From contig CATNEN010000034.1 in assembly GCA_950097015.1 (NCBI GenBank), positions 7,316,001 through 7,380,000 on the forward strand: 64,000 bases of DNA, given 5' to 3'. The notes under the pieces were generated by a model. It saw only the letters and a program-made list of their open reading frames with translations. It made no database searches and had not been told where the DNA came from. The stretch comes from Macrostomum hystrix (Eukaryota > Animalia > Platyhelminthes). Shown here one piece after another: positions 49,388 to 61,727 of this stretch. Positions within the stretch are counted from its first letter, which is position 1. Every line of letters starts with the position of its first letter. The translations under genes were made by a program, and so were the position numbers.

Positions 49388-50286
49388 TGTCTCCCGTGTC
49401 ACTCCACTGTCTCCCGTGTCACTCAACTGTCTACTGTGTCACTAAATGTCTCCAGTTTCACTCAACTGTCTCCTGTGTCACTCCACTGTCTCCTTTGTCA
49501 CTCAACTGTCTCCTGTGTCACTCCACTGTCTCCTTTGTCACTCAACTGTCTCCTGTGTCACTCCACTGTCTCCTTTGTCACTCTACTGTCTCCTGTGTAA
49601 CTCCACTGTCTCCTTTGTCACTCTACTGTCTCCTGTGTCTCCTGTGTCTCCTGTGTAACTCCACTGTCTCCTTTGTCACTCCACTGTCTCCTTTGTCACT
49701 CCACTGTCTCCTATGTCACTCTACTGTCTCCTGTGTCACTCCACTGTCTCCTATGTCACTCTACTGTCTCCTGTGTCACTCCACTGTCTCCTATGTCACT
49801 CTACTGTCTCCTGTGTCACTCTACTGTCTCCTTTGTGACTCTGCTGTCTCCTGTATCACTCCACTGTCTCCTATGTCAATCTACTGTCTCCTGTGTCACT
49901 CCACTGTCTCCTGTGTCACTCTACTGTCTCCTGTGTCACTCCAGTGTCTCCTGTGTCACTCCACTGTCTCTTATGTCACTCTACTGTCTCCTGTGTCACT
50001 CCACTGTCTCCTTTGTCACTCTACTGTCTCCTGTGTCACTCCACTGTCTCCTTTGTCACTCTACTGTCTCCTTTGTCACTCCACTGTCTCCTGTGTCACT
50101 CCACTGTCTCCTTTGTCACTCTACTGTCTCCTGTGTCTACTGTGTCTCCTGTGTCACTCCACTGTCTCCTGTGTCACTCCACTGTCTCCTTTGTCACTCT
50201 ACTGTCTCCTGTGTCTCCTGTGTCACTCCACTGTCTCCTTTGTCACTCCACTGTCTCCTTTGTCACTCCAGTGTCTCCTGTGTCTC
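49388..50286. repeat. 20-bp minisatellite (CTCCACTGTCTCCTGTGTCA)
   Basis: Read directly. Confidence 0.95.
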
Positions 50287-50592
50287 CAAACTTCAAACTT
50301 CAACTCTAGATGGAACTGTTCGATTATCTACTTATACTCGAATACGCGCCTATGTTGTGCGTGCTATTTGTTAAAACTCGCAACTCAGTTCTCAGTTGGA
50401 GTTTTTGTCGGATTTCTACTGAAAATGCAAAGCAGCATGTGCCGGTGACCTAAAAGTCGCTCAATTGTTGATGAATATTAAAAACTATACTTTATACATT
50501 AAGTTGCATTTCACAACTTGGATAATTGAAAACAAGGGAAATCTTGTCTTTAGGGAAAGGAAATCACAGACTTTTAGTTGCATGGTATAATA

Positions 50593-51235
50593 CAGGGGTA
50601 GGCAAACTTATTTGCTGGCGGGCCAAAGAGAGAGCCTAAAAGACGACAGCGGGCCGCATTGACTGTATAAATATGAGATAGGGGAGAGATGAGACACGGG
50701 AGAGATGAGACACGGGAGAGATGAGACACAGGAAAGATGGGACACAGGAAAGATGGGACACAAGAGAGATGAGACACGGGAGAGATTAGACACAGGAGAG
50801 ATTAGACACGGGAGAGATTAGACACGGGAGAGATTAGACACAGGAGAGATTAGACACGGGAGAGATTAGACACGGGAGAAATTAGACACGGGAGAGATTA
50901 GACACAGGAGAGATTAGACACGGGAGAGATTAGACACGGGAGAAATTAGACACGGGAGAGATTAGACACGGGAGAGATTAGACACGGAAGAAATTAGACA
51001 CGGGAGAGATTAGACACGGGAGAGATTAGACACGGGAGAGATTAGACACGGGAGAGATTAGACACGAGAGAGATTAGACACGGGAGAAATTAGACACGGG
51101 AGAGGTTAGATACAGGAGAGATGAGACGCGAGAGAGATGAAACAGGACACTGTAGATGTCAGAAGGGGCAACGGGCCGGATTTGGGAGCTTCGAGGGCCG
51201 CATCTGGCCCGCGGGCCGGAGTTTGCCGACCCCTG
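50593..51235. mobile_element. Non-autonomous hAT element with an internal 16-bp repeat array (CACGGGAGAGATTAGA, about 50685-51140)
   Basis: 16-bp TIRs CAGGGGTAGGCAAACT / AGTTTGCCGACCCCTG, subterminal GCGGGCC motifs, and 8-bp TSD GTATAATA at 50585-50592 and 52211-52218. Confidence 0.9.
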
Positions 51236-52207
51236 GGGCCAATTTCATGAAACACTGCTAACGGTTATTTAGCAGCTGCTAAAGGCGGTTTGGTTTCACG
51301 AAGCAGATCTATGTCTATGTGTCAATGTGTCAGAGCACTGAGCTTACTAGAGTACATAATGGTAGGCGAGGGATCAACAGTGAAGCCCGCCCACTTCTTC
51401 CGAGCAATATTTGTCTATGGCCAAGACCACTTGTGCGGAGTCATGGAACCACTGGCAGGTCAGCAGTTAGCAGCTGCTAAGAAGCAACTGCTATTTAGCT
51501 GTTGCGGAAAATCGATTTCACGACGAACTGCTAAGTTGGACAGAAACCTTAGCAGCCGGTTAGTGCCATAGACAAACTTAAAAGCGGTAGAGTAAGGGAG
51601 CTCACATAAAACTAGAAAGAGACAGAACGATTTTTGCCTGCCTCTGCTTGTCTCCACCAAATTTGTTCGCCTACGCATATGGCGTCCGTGGACCAGAAGA
51701 AGTACAAAGTACCATCAACGGCTCCGCACACAGACGGCATACCAGCAATGTCGTAGAATCGTTGTGCAAGACCATGGGGGTCAGGCCACCTGACCGTCTC
51801 ATGGAACAGCTCCGCGTTAATTGCATTGGCCACGCGTCTCACAACTCGACACACTGTTGACTCCGACGGTCCGTGGGCGTCTCGGATCACGTGGTAGAAG
51901 CTGCTGGTCGCAAAAAACCGCAGGGCAGTCAAAGTCTGCTCACGCGAACTCAAGGCGCAGCTTCGGTTGGTATAGCAGACTGCTACTTTCATGAAACCGA
52001 AAAATTTTTCTGCTGCTAAATCGGGGGTTCATGCCATAGACACTTCACTGGTAACAGTGGTCTCTCCACTCTCTTCACCCTCCACAGAGCTTTGTGAAAG
52101 CCGCCTTACAGCTCAGCGTGAAATATTCTTACCACAACTGCTAAATAGCAACTGCTAAGTTAGCAGCTGCTAACTGCTAACTTAGCAGTGTTTCATGAAA
52201 TCGGCCC
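51236..52207 (-). mobile_element. PIF/Harbinger deletion derivative (972 bp) carrying a transposase fragment (51612-51992)
   Basis: 26-bp TIRs GGGCC(A/G)ATTTCATGAAACACTGCTAA (25/26 match). HARBI1-like peptide EQTLTALRFFATSSFY...SESTVCRVV...FYDIAGMPSVCGAVDGT. Flanks are CTG and CAG. Confidence 0.92.
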
Positions 52208-52281
52208 CAGGTATAATACATACCGTCAACTGGCACAAATTTTATACATTTAAAACATGCATGTACCATCCCCGGAGAGCA

Positions 52282-52363
52282 GACGAGGTGGCCGAGTGGT
52301 TATGGCGATGGACTGCTAATCCATTGGGGTTTCCCCGCGTGGGTTCGAATCCCATCCTCGTCG
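52282..52363 (+). tRNA. tRNA-Ser (anticodon GCT)
   Basis: 82-nt GACGAGGTGGCCGAGTGG...GGACTGCTAATCC...GGGTTCGAATCCCATCCTCGTCG with long variable arm; T5 terminator just downstream. Confidence 0.95.
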
Positions 52364-53414
52364 ATTATACCTTTTTACCATCGAGAATATCGATTAACAG
52401 CTTTCTGATATAATTAGTAAACCTTCACTATTGTTTAACTGCTCCTCACTTAAATTTTCCTTTCTTCAATACGATTAAAGCATCTGACAGCACTGCCGAT
52501 ATGTTTCGTAAAGTGTAAATGCAAGGCGATGTTTCGCAACTACAATATGCTCAATTGATTGAGGAGTTATTAATATAAATTGAAGCGGAATATATAAAAG
52601 ATATAGAATTGGAGAATGAGAGCATTTTATTTTATTATGGATTTTTATAGCTAAATGTCAAGTTCAAAATCGAGGATAATTCTTTATTTTAGGCCGTGAG
52701 CAGTGTATTTGAAAACCCGTCCTCCTACTAACAGTAGAACAGTGTATTTCAGGCTTGATAAAAATAACAAAAGCCTCCATTTTTAAGCAAGGCATTTCAA
52801 ATGAACGTTTTAGTTGGTTCTGTCGATAAAGTTCCGTTACAAATTCAGGAGTAATGTTTTTTCGGAAAAAAATAAAAACCAAAGATAAATGTGGCTAATG
52901 AAAATAATTATTTAGTAAGACACAGATACTCGCATTGACGCAAGTCACAACTGATTCACGACACCAGGATATGCACCAGGATACATAAGAATAAGTTAAT
53001 CTGTTTGAAAATGTTTATTTAGTAGCACAAATATCAGTTATTAATACACAAGGCAAGGTCATAAATATATAAGAAATGAATATAGCCATTATTTAATAGT
53101 TACATATTCACGGAATAATAGAAAGCAGTACAAATGATCAATATAGACTAAAATACGATTGGCATACTAAAACTGCTGTAATCTCCTAATATAAAACTAC
53201 TATTAGTAGTGTCTGACAGAAACGAAGGAGAAATAGAGAAATGCAGATTTCATATCAGAGTCAAAGAGCAACAAAATACATATAGGGATAATTTACCTAG
53301 AAACTGATTCTCTTATCCTGAATTCCTTATCGCGAACCCGAATCAATCCAAACTGAATCCCGCAAACTGAAACTTAGATCTTCAATCAGTCACCCACTGT
53401 CACATTATTAAAGT

Positions 53415-56400
53415 TCACAATAGACCAGCTTGAATAGTGTCTAAATCGCGGGCCAACACTTTGGCCTGTCGCACCAGTTCGCCAACGGATCGATGCTGAC
53501 CGGCCAGGTGGGCCATGGCCGCTTCCAGGCTGGCCGGATCCAGCTGCAGGCCGCTGCCACAGCCGGGAGCGGACGAGGCGGCCACAGCGCCAACGGCCGG
53601 GTCTCGACTATCGGCCGGCCGGACGCCCAGCTTGACCTGGCTAGCCAGCTCTCTCAGCCGGCCAGTTGGCAGCTGGCTGAGCAGCTGTTCAATTAGGCCC
53701 CTGAGCTGTTCCTCGCTCGGCACCAGCGCCTGGCCCGGCCGTCTGGCTGCCTCCTGACGGCAGAGCAGGCGAACAGCCCGACGTCCGAGTTCCAACTGGC
53801 GCCGTCTGGCTGCGTCTAGGCGCGCCGTTGAGGCCGCCTGATCGACTCGCAGACGCTCGCATCTGGTTGCCAGGCTACCTAGCAACTGTTGCTGGGCGCG
53901 GCACTGGGCCCGCTGAGCGGACACTCGGGCCTGGGCCTGTTCCAGGCCGACTAGGGGCACAGGCAGGAGCGACTCCGGGTCAGGATTGTCCCGCCTGGCC
54001 TGCTGCCAGACCACCAGGGGCACGCCGGCCGGCGGTCTGTCCAGGTACTGCGTCAGCTGGTCCCGGCTGGGCCGCGTCTGTGGGAATCGCGTCGGTGATA
54101 GCTTTGGTGTATCTGACAGGGGATCCTGTGTATCTGACAGGGGGATCTTGTGTATCTGACTGGGGGATCTTGTGTATCTGACAGGGAATCCTGTGTATCT
54201 GACAGGGAATCCTGTGTATCTGACTGGGGATCTTGTGTATCTGACTGGGGATCTTGTGTATCTGACTGGGGATCCTGTGTATCTGACATGGAGATCCTGT
54301 GTATCTGACAGGGGATCCTGTGTATCTGACATGGAGATCCTGTGTATCTGACAGGGGATCCTGTGTATCTGACAGGGGGATCCTGTGTATCTGACAGGGG
54401 ATCCTGTGTATCTGACTGGGGATCTTGTGTATCTGACTGGGGATCTTGTGTATCTGACTGGGGATCTTGTGTATCTGACATGGAGATCCTGTGTATCTGA
54501 CAGGGGATCCTGTGTATCTGACATGGAGATCCTGTGTATCTGACAGGGGATCCTGTGTATCTGACAGGGGGATCCTGTGTATCTGACAGGGGATCCTGTG
54601 TATCTGACTGGGGATCTTGTGTATCTGACTGGGGATCTTGTGTATCTGACTGGGGATCTTGTGTATCTGACATGGAGATCCTGTGTATCTGACAGGGTAT
54701 CCTGTGTATCTGACAGGGGATCCTGTGTATCTGACAGGGGATCCTGTGTATCTGACAGGGGATCTTGTGACTGGGGATCTTGTGTATCTGGCATGGAGAT
54801 CCTGTATATCTGACAGGTGGATCTGCTGGGTCTTACATGGGATCATGCTATGCCAATCTCCAAATTTAGCTGACGGGCCTTACCAAAGCCTGCACGGCGG
54901 TGACCTGTAGTTGAGTAGCCAGCTGCTGCTTGTTCATAGGCTGTGACAGGTAAGCGGTGAGCTCAGTGCTGAGTATCCGCCTGGTCCCACCGGTGGGCAG
55001 CTGCTCTCGCACGTACACCACAAGCTGGCAGAGCTTCTCAGACAGGGCGCGAATGTCTTCAATATGAGGCGTCAGGCTGGGCTTGTTGCCAAGCAGGCGA
55101 AACAGGGCGTCTTTGACGCCGGTCTCCGCAATCTCAGTTGCAGCTTTGGTCACGGTCAGTCCGACTAGGCCATCTTCGTCGCGCGCAGCCGGCAGGGCGT
55201 TGTAGCAGACTGACTTCAGGCGGCAAAATGGGTTGCCCGGCTGGTACTCCACAGGGCCTTGAGAACAGAAGCCCTTGCCGGTGCCCCACTGGGCCTGCGT
55301 GACAGCGGAACAGATAGTTGCTACCGCATTATTTCTGCTCATACTAGCTGAATCTGGTCATGTACCAGCAGAATCTGGTCATACTAGCTGAATTCGGTCA
55401 TGTACTAACTGAATCTGGTCATTGTGACACACTAAAAGTGGGGAACGAACCTCGCGCTGGCAGACCGAGACCGGTTTCTGGCTTGTTTGCCTTCGTCAGT
55501 CAGCCATAGCCACACGCCGTCCTCTCCCACCACTCTTAGTGTGCACAGAAGTCTCTTTTAAGCTTGCCATTTTTATGGCGATATTTTTTTAGTGTTATGT
55601 GAGAGTTTTGCAGCCAAGTCTTTGCTTTTCTACTGTTGTCAGTAGTCTGAATTGTATCTCTCACAGTCATCTAGCTGAACTGGTCATACTATATAGTTTG
55701 ATATAGTTTCAATCTGGTCATACTAGTTTCAATCTGGTCATACTAGTTTCAATCTAGTCATAATAGCGGAATCTAGTCATGCTAGTTTGAATCTTGTCAT
55801 ATTAGCTGAAGTACAGTCAGTCACCAGATTCTGATCATACTAGTTAAAGCACAGTTCCTTATTGAGCTCACCTGCAGCTGGCCCCACCTGGCCAGCACGG
55901 AGTCTCGCTCATCGGGAAACAGAGCCGGCTGTGTCAGGCTGGCGAAGAATGCCACACTGCTGGCGGCGCTGGCCGCAGTCGGGTTAGTCGCAGAAGCAGC
56001 CGGCTGACCGAACGCACCCAGCGTGAATTTGCCAGCGCCGAAGCCACCTGCGGCGCCCAATCCGGTTGGCGCAACGGTCGGCTTGCCGAAAGCAAACGAT
56101 GTGGCCGCATTGCTAGCCGATGGAAATCCGAAAGCAGAAGAGGCGGTGGAAGCAGTCGGAGCTGCAAATCCGAAAGCAGAAGAGGCGGTGGAAGCAGTCG
56201 GAGCTGCAAATCCGAAAGCAGAAGAGGCGGTGGAAGCAGTCGGAGCTGCAAATCCGAAAGCAGAAGAGGCGGTGGAAGCAGTCGGAGCTGCAAATCCGAA
56301 AGCAGAAGAGGCGGTGGAAGCAGTCGGAGCGGCAAATCCGAAAGCAGAAGAGGCGGTGGAAGCAGTCGGAGCGGCAAATCCGAAAGTGGAACCGGCGGTG

Positions 56401-56543
56401 GTGGCAGCGGGGGCCGAAAACCCAAAAGCGGAGGTGACATTGTTAGTGGTGGAAGTTGGAAAGTTAAATACGGATGTGGTGGCCGCAGTTGCCGCGCTAT
56501 TGCCGAAGCTGAAGCCGGTGGATCCGCCTGTGTTGCCAAACAT
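53415..56543 (-). CDS. NUP54: Nucleoporin Nup54, 581 aa. Exons 56543-55872, 55294-54884, 54077-53415
   Basis: N-terminal FG repeats, then LFPDERDSVLARWGQLQ/AQWGTGKG, NPFCRLK, DEDGLV, PPAGV..VVWQQARRDNPDPESLLPVPLVG, EEQLR. Phase-0 GT-AG joins. Confidence 0.95.
54105..54820. repeat. About 21-bp minisatellite (GTGTATCTGACAGGGGATCCT) filling Nup54 intron 2
   Basis: Read directly. Confidence 0.95.
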
Positions 56544-57377
56544 TTTATTGGTGCGTTCAAAGTAAACTAAACCAATAGAGCTTTGGGCTTAGCCGAGAAG
56601 CTGAAAGGATTTGTAGAGAAGAAAACGAGAGAGCTAGACTTCATAGACACTGAAATCTAATCTAAATTTCAATTCAAATACAAATTTAAGCAATGAACCT
56701 GATAGTCCCTACTAAATTAACTATATAAGTAGTATACTACAGAAAAAATGGTCAGCTTTACAGCTAAAAAGATCGGAAAGAATAATCAATGCTAGCAAAT
56801 GTTATATTTAACGTTTTTTTCAAAGTTAAGAGAACGCGTTGCAGAAAAAATGCAGTCGAATTGACTTTTAAAAAAAACATTATTGTACCGTTTTAAATTT
56901 AGCGCGTGAATGAAGCTACTAATAGTAACAATGAAAAGAAAACTGGTCGCTTTTTAACGAAATTGAAAAATCTGCGAGATGAAAATAGGGCCAAATGTGT
57001 TTATTAAGGCAACAAACTGGCTATCAATAACAAACAGCAAACGAAAATGAAAGAAAAAAGAAATGCTAAAGCTATGAACTTTGAACCATGTAAATTTCGG
57101 CTATAATTATTGCGCTCAATTTTCAAATAAAATGCCACAAAACTTTGGCCAAATAGCATACTTTATATGTGAGATTAGTATACGAGTAGATAAAATGCGC
57201 GCATGAAAATATATAATCACCTTTTCAGCAAGAACAATGCGGACAGATTTTGAGTACGATTCGGCACATGCATTTAAACGATAGAATTACGAATAATTTT
57301 AATATAGCTCGTAGTATTTTAAGCTAAATATTAGGATACTATAATAGAAACAAGCATATAAGCCATGATTATTTGAC

Positions 57378-58405
57378 ATGAAGAGCAGAGTGACAGGGAA
57401 GAAGAAGGGAGAATGAAAGGAGGAGATGAAGGGAGAGTGACAGGGGAGATAAAGGGAATGACAGGGGAGATAAAGGGAATGACAGGGGTGATAAAGGGAA
57501 TGACAAGGTAGATGAAGGGAGAGTGACAGGAGAGATGAAGGGAGGGTGGCAGGGGAAGAATAAGGGAGAGTGACAGGGGAGATGAAGGGAGGATGACAGG
57601 GGAGATGAAGGGAGGATGACAGGGGAGATGAAGGGAGGATGACAGGGGAGATGAAGGGAGAGTGACAGGAGAGATGAAGGGAGGGTGACGGGAGATGAAG
57701 GGAGAGTGACAGGGGAAGAATAAGGAAGAGTGACAGGGGAAGAATAAGGAAGAGTGACAGGGGAAGAATAAGGAAGAGTGACAGGGGAAGAATAAGGGAG
57801 TGACAGGGGAGATGAAGGGAGGGTGACGGGAGATGAAGGGAGAGTGACAGGGTAAGAATAAGGAAGAGTGACAGGGGAAGAATAAGGGAGTGACAGGGGA
57901 GATGAAGGGAGGATGACAGGGGAGATGAAGGGAGGATGACAGGGGAGATGAAGGGAGAGTGACAGGGGAATATGAAGGGAGAGTGACAGGGGAAGAATAA
58001 GGAAGAGTGACAGGGGAAGAATAAGGAAGAGTGACAGGGGAAGAATAAGGGAGTGACAGGGTAAGAATAAGGGAGTGACAGGGTAAGAATAAGGGAGTGA
58101 CAGGGGAGATGAAGGGAGGATGACAGGGAGATGAAGGGAGGATGACAGGGGAGATGAAGGGAGGATGACAGGGGAGATGAAGGGAGAGTGACAGGGGAAT
58201 ATGAAGGGAGAGTGACAGGGGAATATGAAGGGAGAGTGACAGGGGAAGAATAAGGAAGAGTGACAGGGGAAGAATAAGGAAGAGTGACAGGGGAAGAATA
58301 AGGGAGTGACAGGGGAGATGAAGGGAGAGTGACAGGGGAGATGAAGGGAGAGTGACAGGGAAGATGAAGGGAGAGTGACAGGGGAGATGAAGGGAGAGTG
58401 ACAGG
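57378..58405. repeat. About 23-bp purine-rich minisatellite (GAAGGGAGAGTGACAGGGGAGAT)
   Basis: Read directly. Confidence 0.93.
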
Positions 58406-58468
58406 CGGAGAGTGAGTTTGAAGGAGTAGCTGTCTGGTCTGCTGAGCAGAATTTAGTCGAGTTACATT

Positions 58469-61400
58469 TCAGAAGAGCTCGTCCGGGGCAGCTCTAGAGA
58501 ACCACAGCTTATTGAGCTCTGCGAAGCCAATGTAGAGCCGGCCAAGCCGGTCTCGCCTTACCGGATACATGCGAAGGCGAAGATCCCGTCGAGAGCTCGG
58601 CGAGTGAATCTCGCCGTCGGCGAACAGATTAAAAGTGTAGCCGTGCCAGGGGCAGCGCAGCAGGCAGTCGCCATTGTAATCGCTGATCAGCTGGCCGAAG
58701 TTCATCGGGCCGCCGGCGTGCGGACAGCGGAGGTCGCAGGCGAAGGCCAGGTCGCCGATGCGCAGCAGGGCCATCTCCAAGCCGTTCTGGCGCACCGTGT
58801 CGCACAGGGGCGGCCGGGCCGAGCGGTGTCTAGCCAGGGTGGACATCGGAATGCTCGACTTTGATGACGTCGAGCTGAGCGTTGGTGGCAGCGGCGCTCG
58901 ACCGTCGGCGCTTGACACGGTGATGAGGGTTGGCAGAAGGTCTTTGAGCTCGTCGAATAGAATGTCCGGCAGGAGCATGTAGATTCGCTGATCCAAGTCG
59001 GTCTGGGATGGGATGAGAAATTAGTTTCGCAGATAAGGTAATAATCATAACTGCAGGAGGGCTGCGGGCATGGCGCATCATTTGGTGACACTAGACCCGC
59101 AGCCAGCGACGAGGCAATTCCGCCCATTTCGCTGACTCCTGAGCACACACGCTCACAGATACCGTACGCAGGCACACACTCATACAGGTTTGTACATCTG
59201 CCCTGACTTTCTCATCGTCAGGCAGTGTACATCCTCACTGTGCCTTGGAGGATGGCCCTCAGGGGCGTAAATTGCACGACAAGCCCCCAAGCCTTCTCTC
59301 CGCGGCTGCGCCCTAAATTAATGTGGCCTCGCCGCGGAATCGAGCTCAGGACTGGATAAAAACCAGTACAACAAACCAACCTCATCGATCCGACAGTCGC
59401 CGATCGGTCTCTCCACAATGCTCAACCGTCGCCTCCGCTGACGCCTCGGCTGTCGCTGCTGCCTGCGAACTAAAAAGGGTGAATAGGCGATGCCGGGCAG
59501 AATCTTCTCACCGCCAGCGTACGGCGTGAGCTGCGTCAGCGGCTGATAGCGCTCCGGCTCTGGGTGGGCGCGCGGAGCTTCAGCGTCGTCGTCATCGTTG
59601 ACATTGCCATGGACGTCGTCATGCTCGACTTCGGCGTCGGCTACAGCCTCTTCAACTTCGAGCAGGGTCCAGCCGGCGTAGGGCACCAGTTCGCGCGGCC
59701 GTTTGGCGTCCGACGCTTTCGCGGCGGCGGCGTCGGTGGCGGCCTCCAGAGCGGCCCGCTCCGCCAGCAGGCGACGTCGACGAGATTCGTCCGGCGTCGA
59801 CAGGCGAACCGGCAGTAGGCGCATCCCGGCGGCATCGGCGGCGTAGCCGATCGGCTGCGGATAGGCTGCCAGAGCAATGCCCGGCGGACTGTCACAGGTG
59901 GGGTGGAAAATCACAGTTTGAGAATGCGTGACCTGCCTTGGGCTTAACATTTTTTATAACTTTAATGAATATCGTCTGGAACGTCTGGTAACTCAATAAC
60001 TCATCTCAATAATCGAGAACGGAATCTTTCTTCAGAGACATGGGGCTTCAAGTAGGAATCGAACTCGGGACTTTCAATAATATAAGGACTATTGTCAGGA
60101 ATCGAACACAGGACCTTTAAACACATTAGAAGGAATCAAACTCGGGGGACCTCAATAAATATAGGTTATGTTGGCAGGAATGGAAAACCTTTATCTCGTC
60201 GCTGAAAAAAGTCAATTATCTGTAGGTCACCAAGTCATTTTGTCGCATGTTTTTTTACTAAGGGGGGATTTCCCCGGACAATTATTCCCATAAGCGCTAG
60301 TGTATTTCATACACCCCTATACACGAATTAGCACTGCGCCTCAGTGCGGCCTTGCCAGGTCTTCAAAATTTATCAGCAAGTCGGTGACTTCAATGGTCAC
60401 CGAACTTTATCTAAACGGAGCTGCTGGACTTTCAACAAGTGGTACCAGCTGACTATGGACACCCGGATGCAAATTTCTCCCATTTCGCTGATCAAGCCTC
60501 AATATGGGACGAAACTCAACCACAGGACCCTCGCCTAGTCTGTCAACCGATAAGTCACGACCACGACGCCGTCAGCAGAGTGCCTCCAGCTGGCTATAGA
60601 GTCCCTAAAGCGTATTTTTTCTACTTTCGCTGATGAAGCCTCGATATTGGCCTAAACTCAACTTATACTTGTTGAAGGTCCAGCAGCTCAGTCTAGAGAT
60701 TCATAAGCCATTGAAAAAATTCGAAATGAAAATGCCTACCATCCGTCGTTGACTCTCGGTTTCAACTTTGCAAACGGGTCACCATCGGCGTCAGGGTCGA
60801 CGGAAGCAGCCGAAGCTACCATCATCATCTCGTCGCCGTCGTCAACTTCTTCAACCTCTTCAACGCCATCTAAAAGATGCATTGGCATTGACATCAGAGT
60901 GGACGCTATAGGCTGTTGCTGCAGCTGCTGTTTGTGCTGCGGTGACTGCGAATGAAGCGAAGCTAATGAAGGCGGCAGAGCTGTGGGAATGGTCTTGGCG
61001 GCGCCGGCGTAGGGCGCGAGCTCGGACACAGCCGCTGGCAGGGCGGCGCGCGCCCGGACCAGACGCTCAATTTTCTCATCTAGAGCCGCCGTTGCCGACT
61101 CCGACAGGGCGATGGCGGAATCGTCGTCCAGGCCGACGCTGAAAGCTGACAACGGAGGCGACAAAGCGGCGGCTGATAAGGAGGAAGCATTTGACACGGA
61201 GGACAGCGGCCTGCAGCCGGGCAGGGGTTCGATTCGCCACCACCAGTTATTATTGTCGCCAGACGAATTAGTGCTAGAGTTGAGATTGGCCTCCTCTGAC
61301 GACAAAGGCAATGACAGGGTCTGGGACAGACGATCCCAGCTGTCAGAGTCCACTTTGCGCAGGCGGACAGCACAAGGAATGGATTTGACGCAGCCGGAAT

Positions 61401-61647
61401 AGGTGGGCACCCCGGCCAGGGGCTGGTAGGCCACGGCTGCCACCACCGGAGGCGGCTCCGAGTGCCACTGCTTCGCCGCGGCGACCAGGTCGTCGAAGTC
61501 GCCGCTGGCAAAGATTCGCCTACCGGTGGGCTGTTGAACAACGCGACGATGCGGCGACTGCTGATGCCGATGCTGCTGCAGCGGCGCTGCCGATCGAGCA
61601 CTGCTGACACTCTCGCTTGAATTCTTTGTTAAACTCATGCCCAGCAT
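58469..61647 (-). CDS. 649-aa protein with a long low-complexity N-terminus and a C-terminal Rieske [2Fe-2S] domain (RFESD-like). Exons 61647-60740, 59888-59381, 59002-58469
   Basis: Rieske ligands CPHAGG...CPWHG. GT-AG joins are phase-consistent (TG/T, GAG/ACC); 1950 nt total. Start codon uncertain (61647 or 61638, or a further upstream exon). Confidence 0.82.
59035..59355 (-). mobile_element. tRNA-derived SINE, copy 3, 5'-truncated, making up most of a 378-nt intron
   Basis: Body and tail match copies 1 and 2; retains a B-box-like sequence but no A box. Confidence 0.87.
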
Positions 61648-61727
61648 CGGCAGTCACCGCTAGTGTATAAGCTTGGCTGCAATGCATAGAAGGCTAATTC
61701 AATTGATAATAGGAGATTCCACTATGG

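Noticed and set aside
49360-50448. 362-aa Cys/Leu-rich ORF
   Set aside because: Entirely the 20-bp minisatellite.
54078-54846. Repeat-rich N-terminus of the 459-aa ORF as part of Nup54
   Set aside because: Lies within a GT-AG intron; homology resumes only at the 54077 acceptor.
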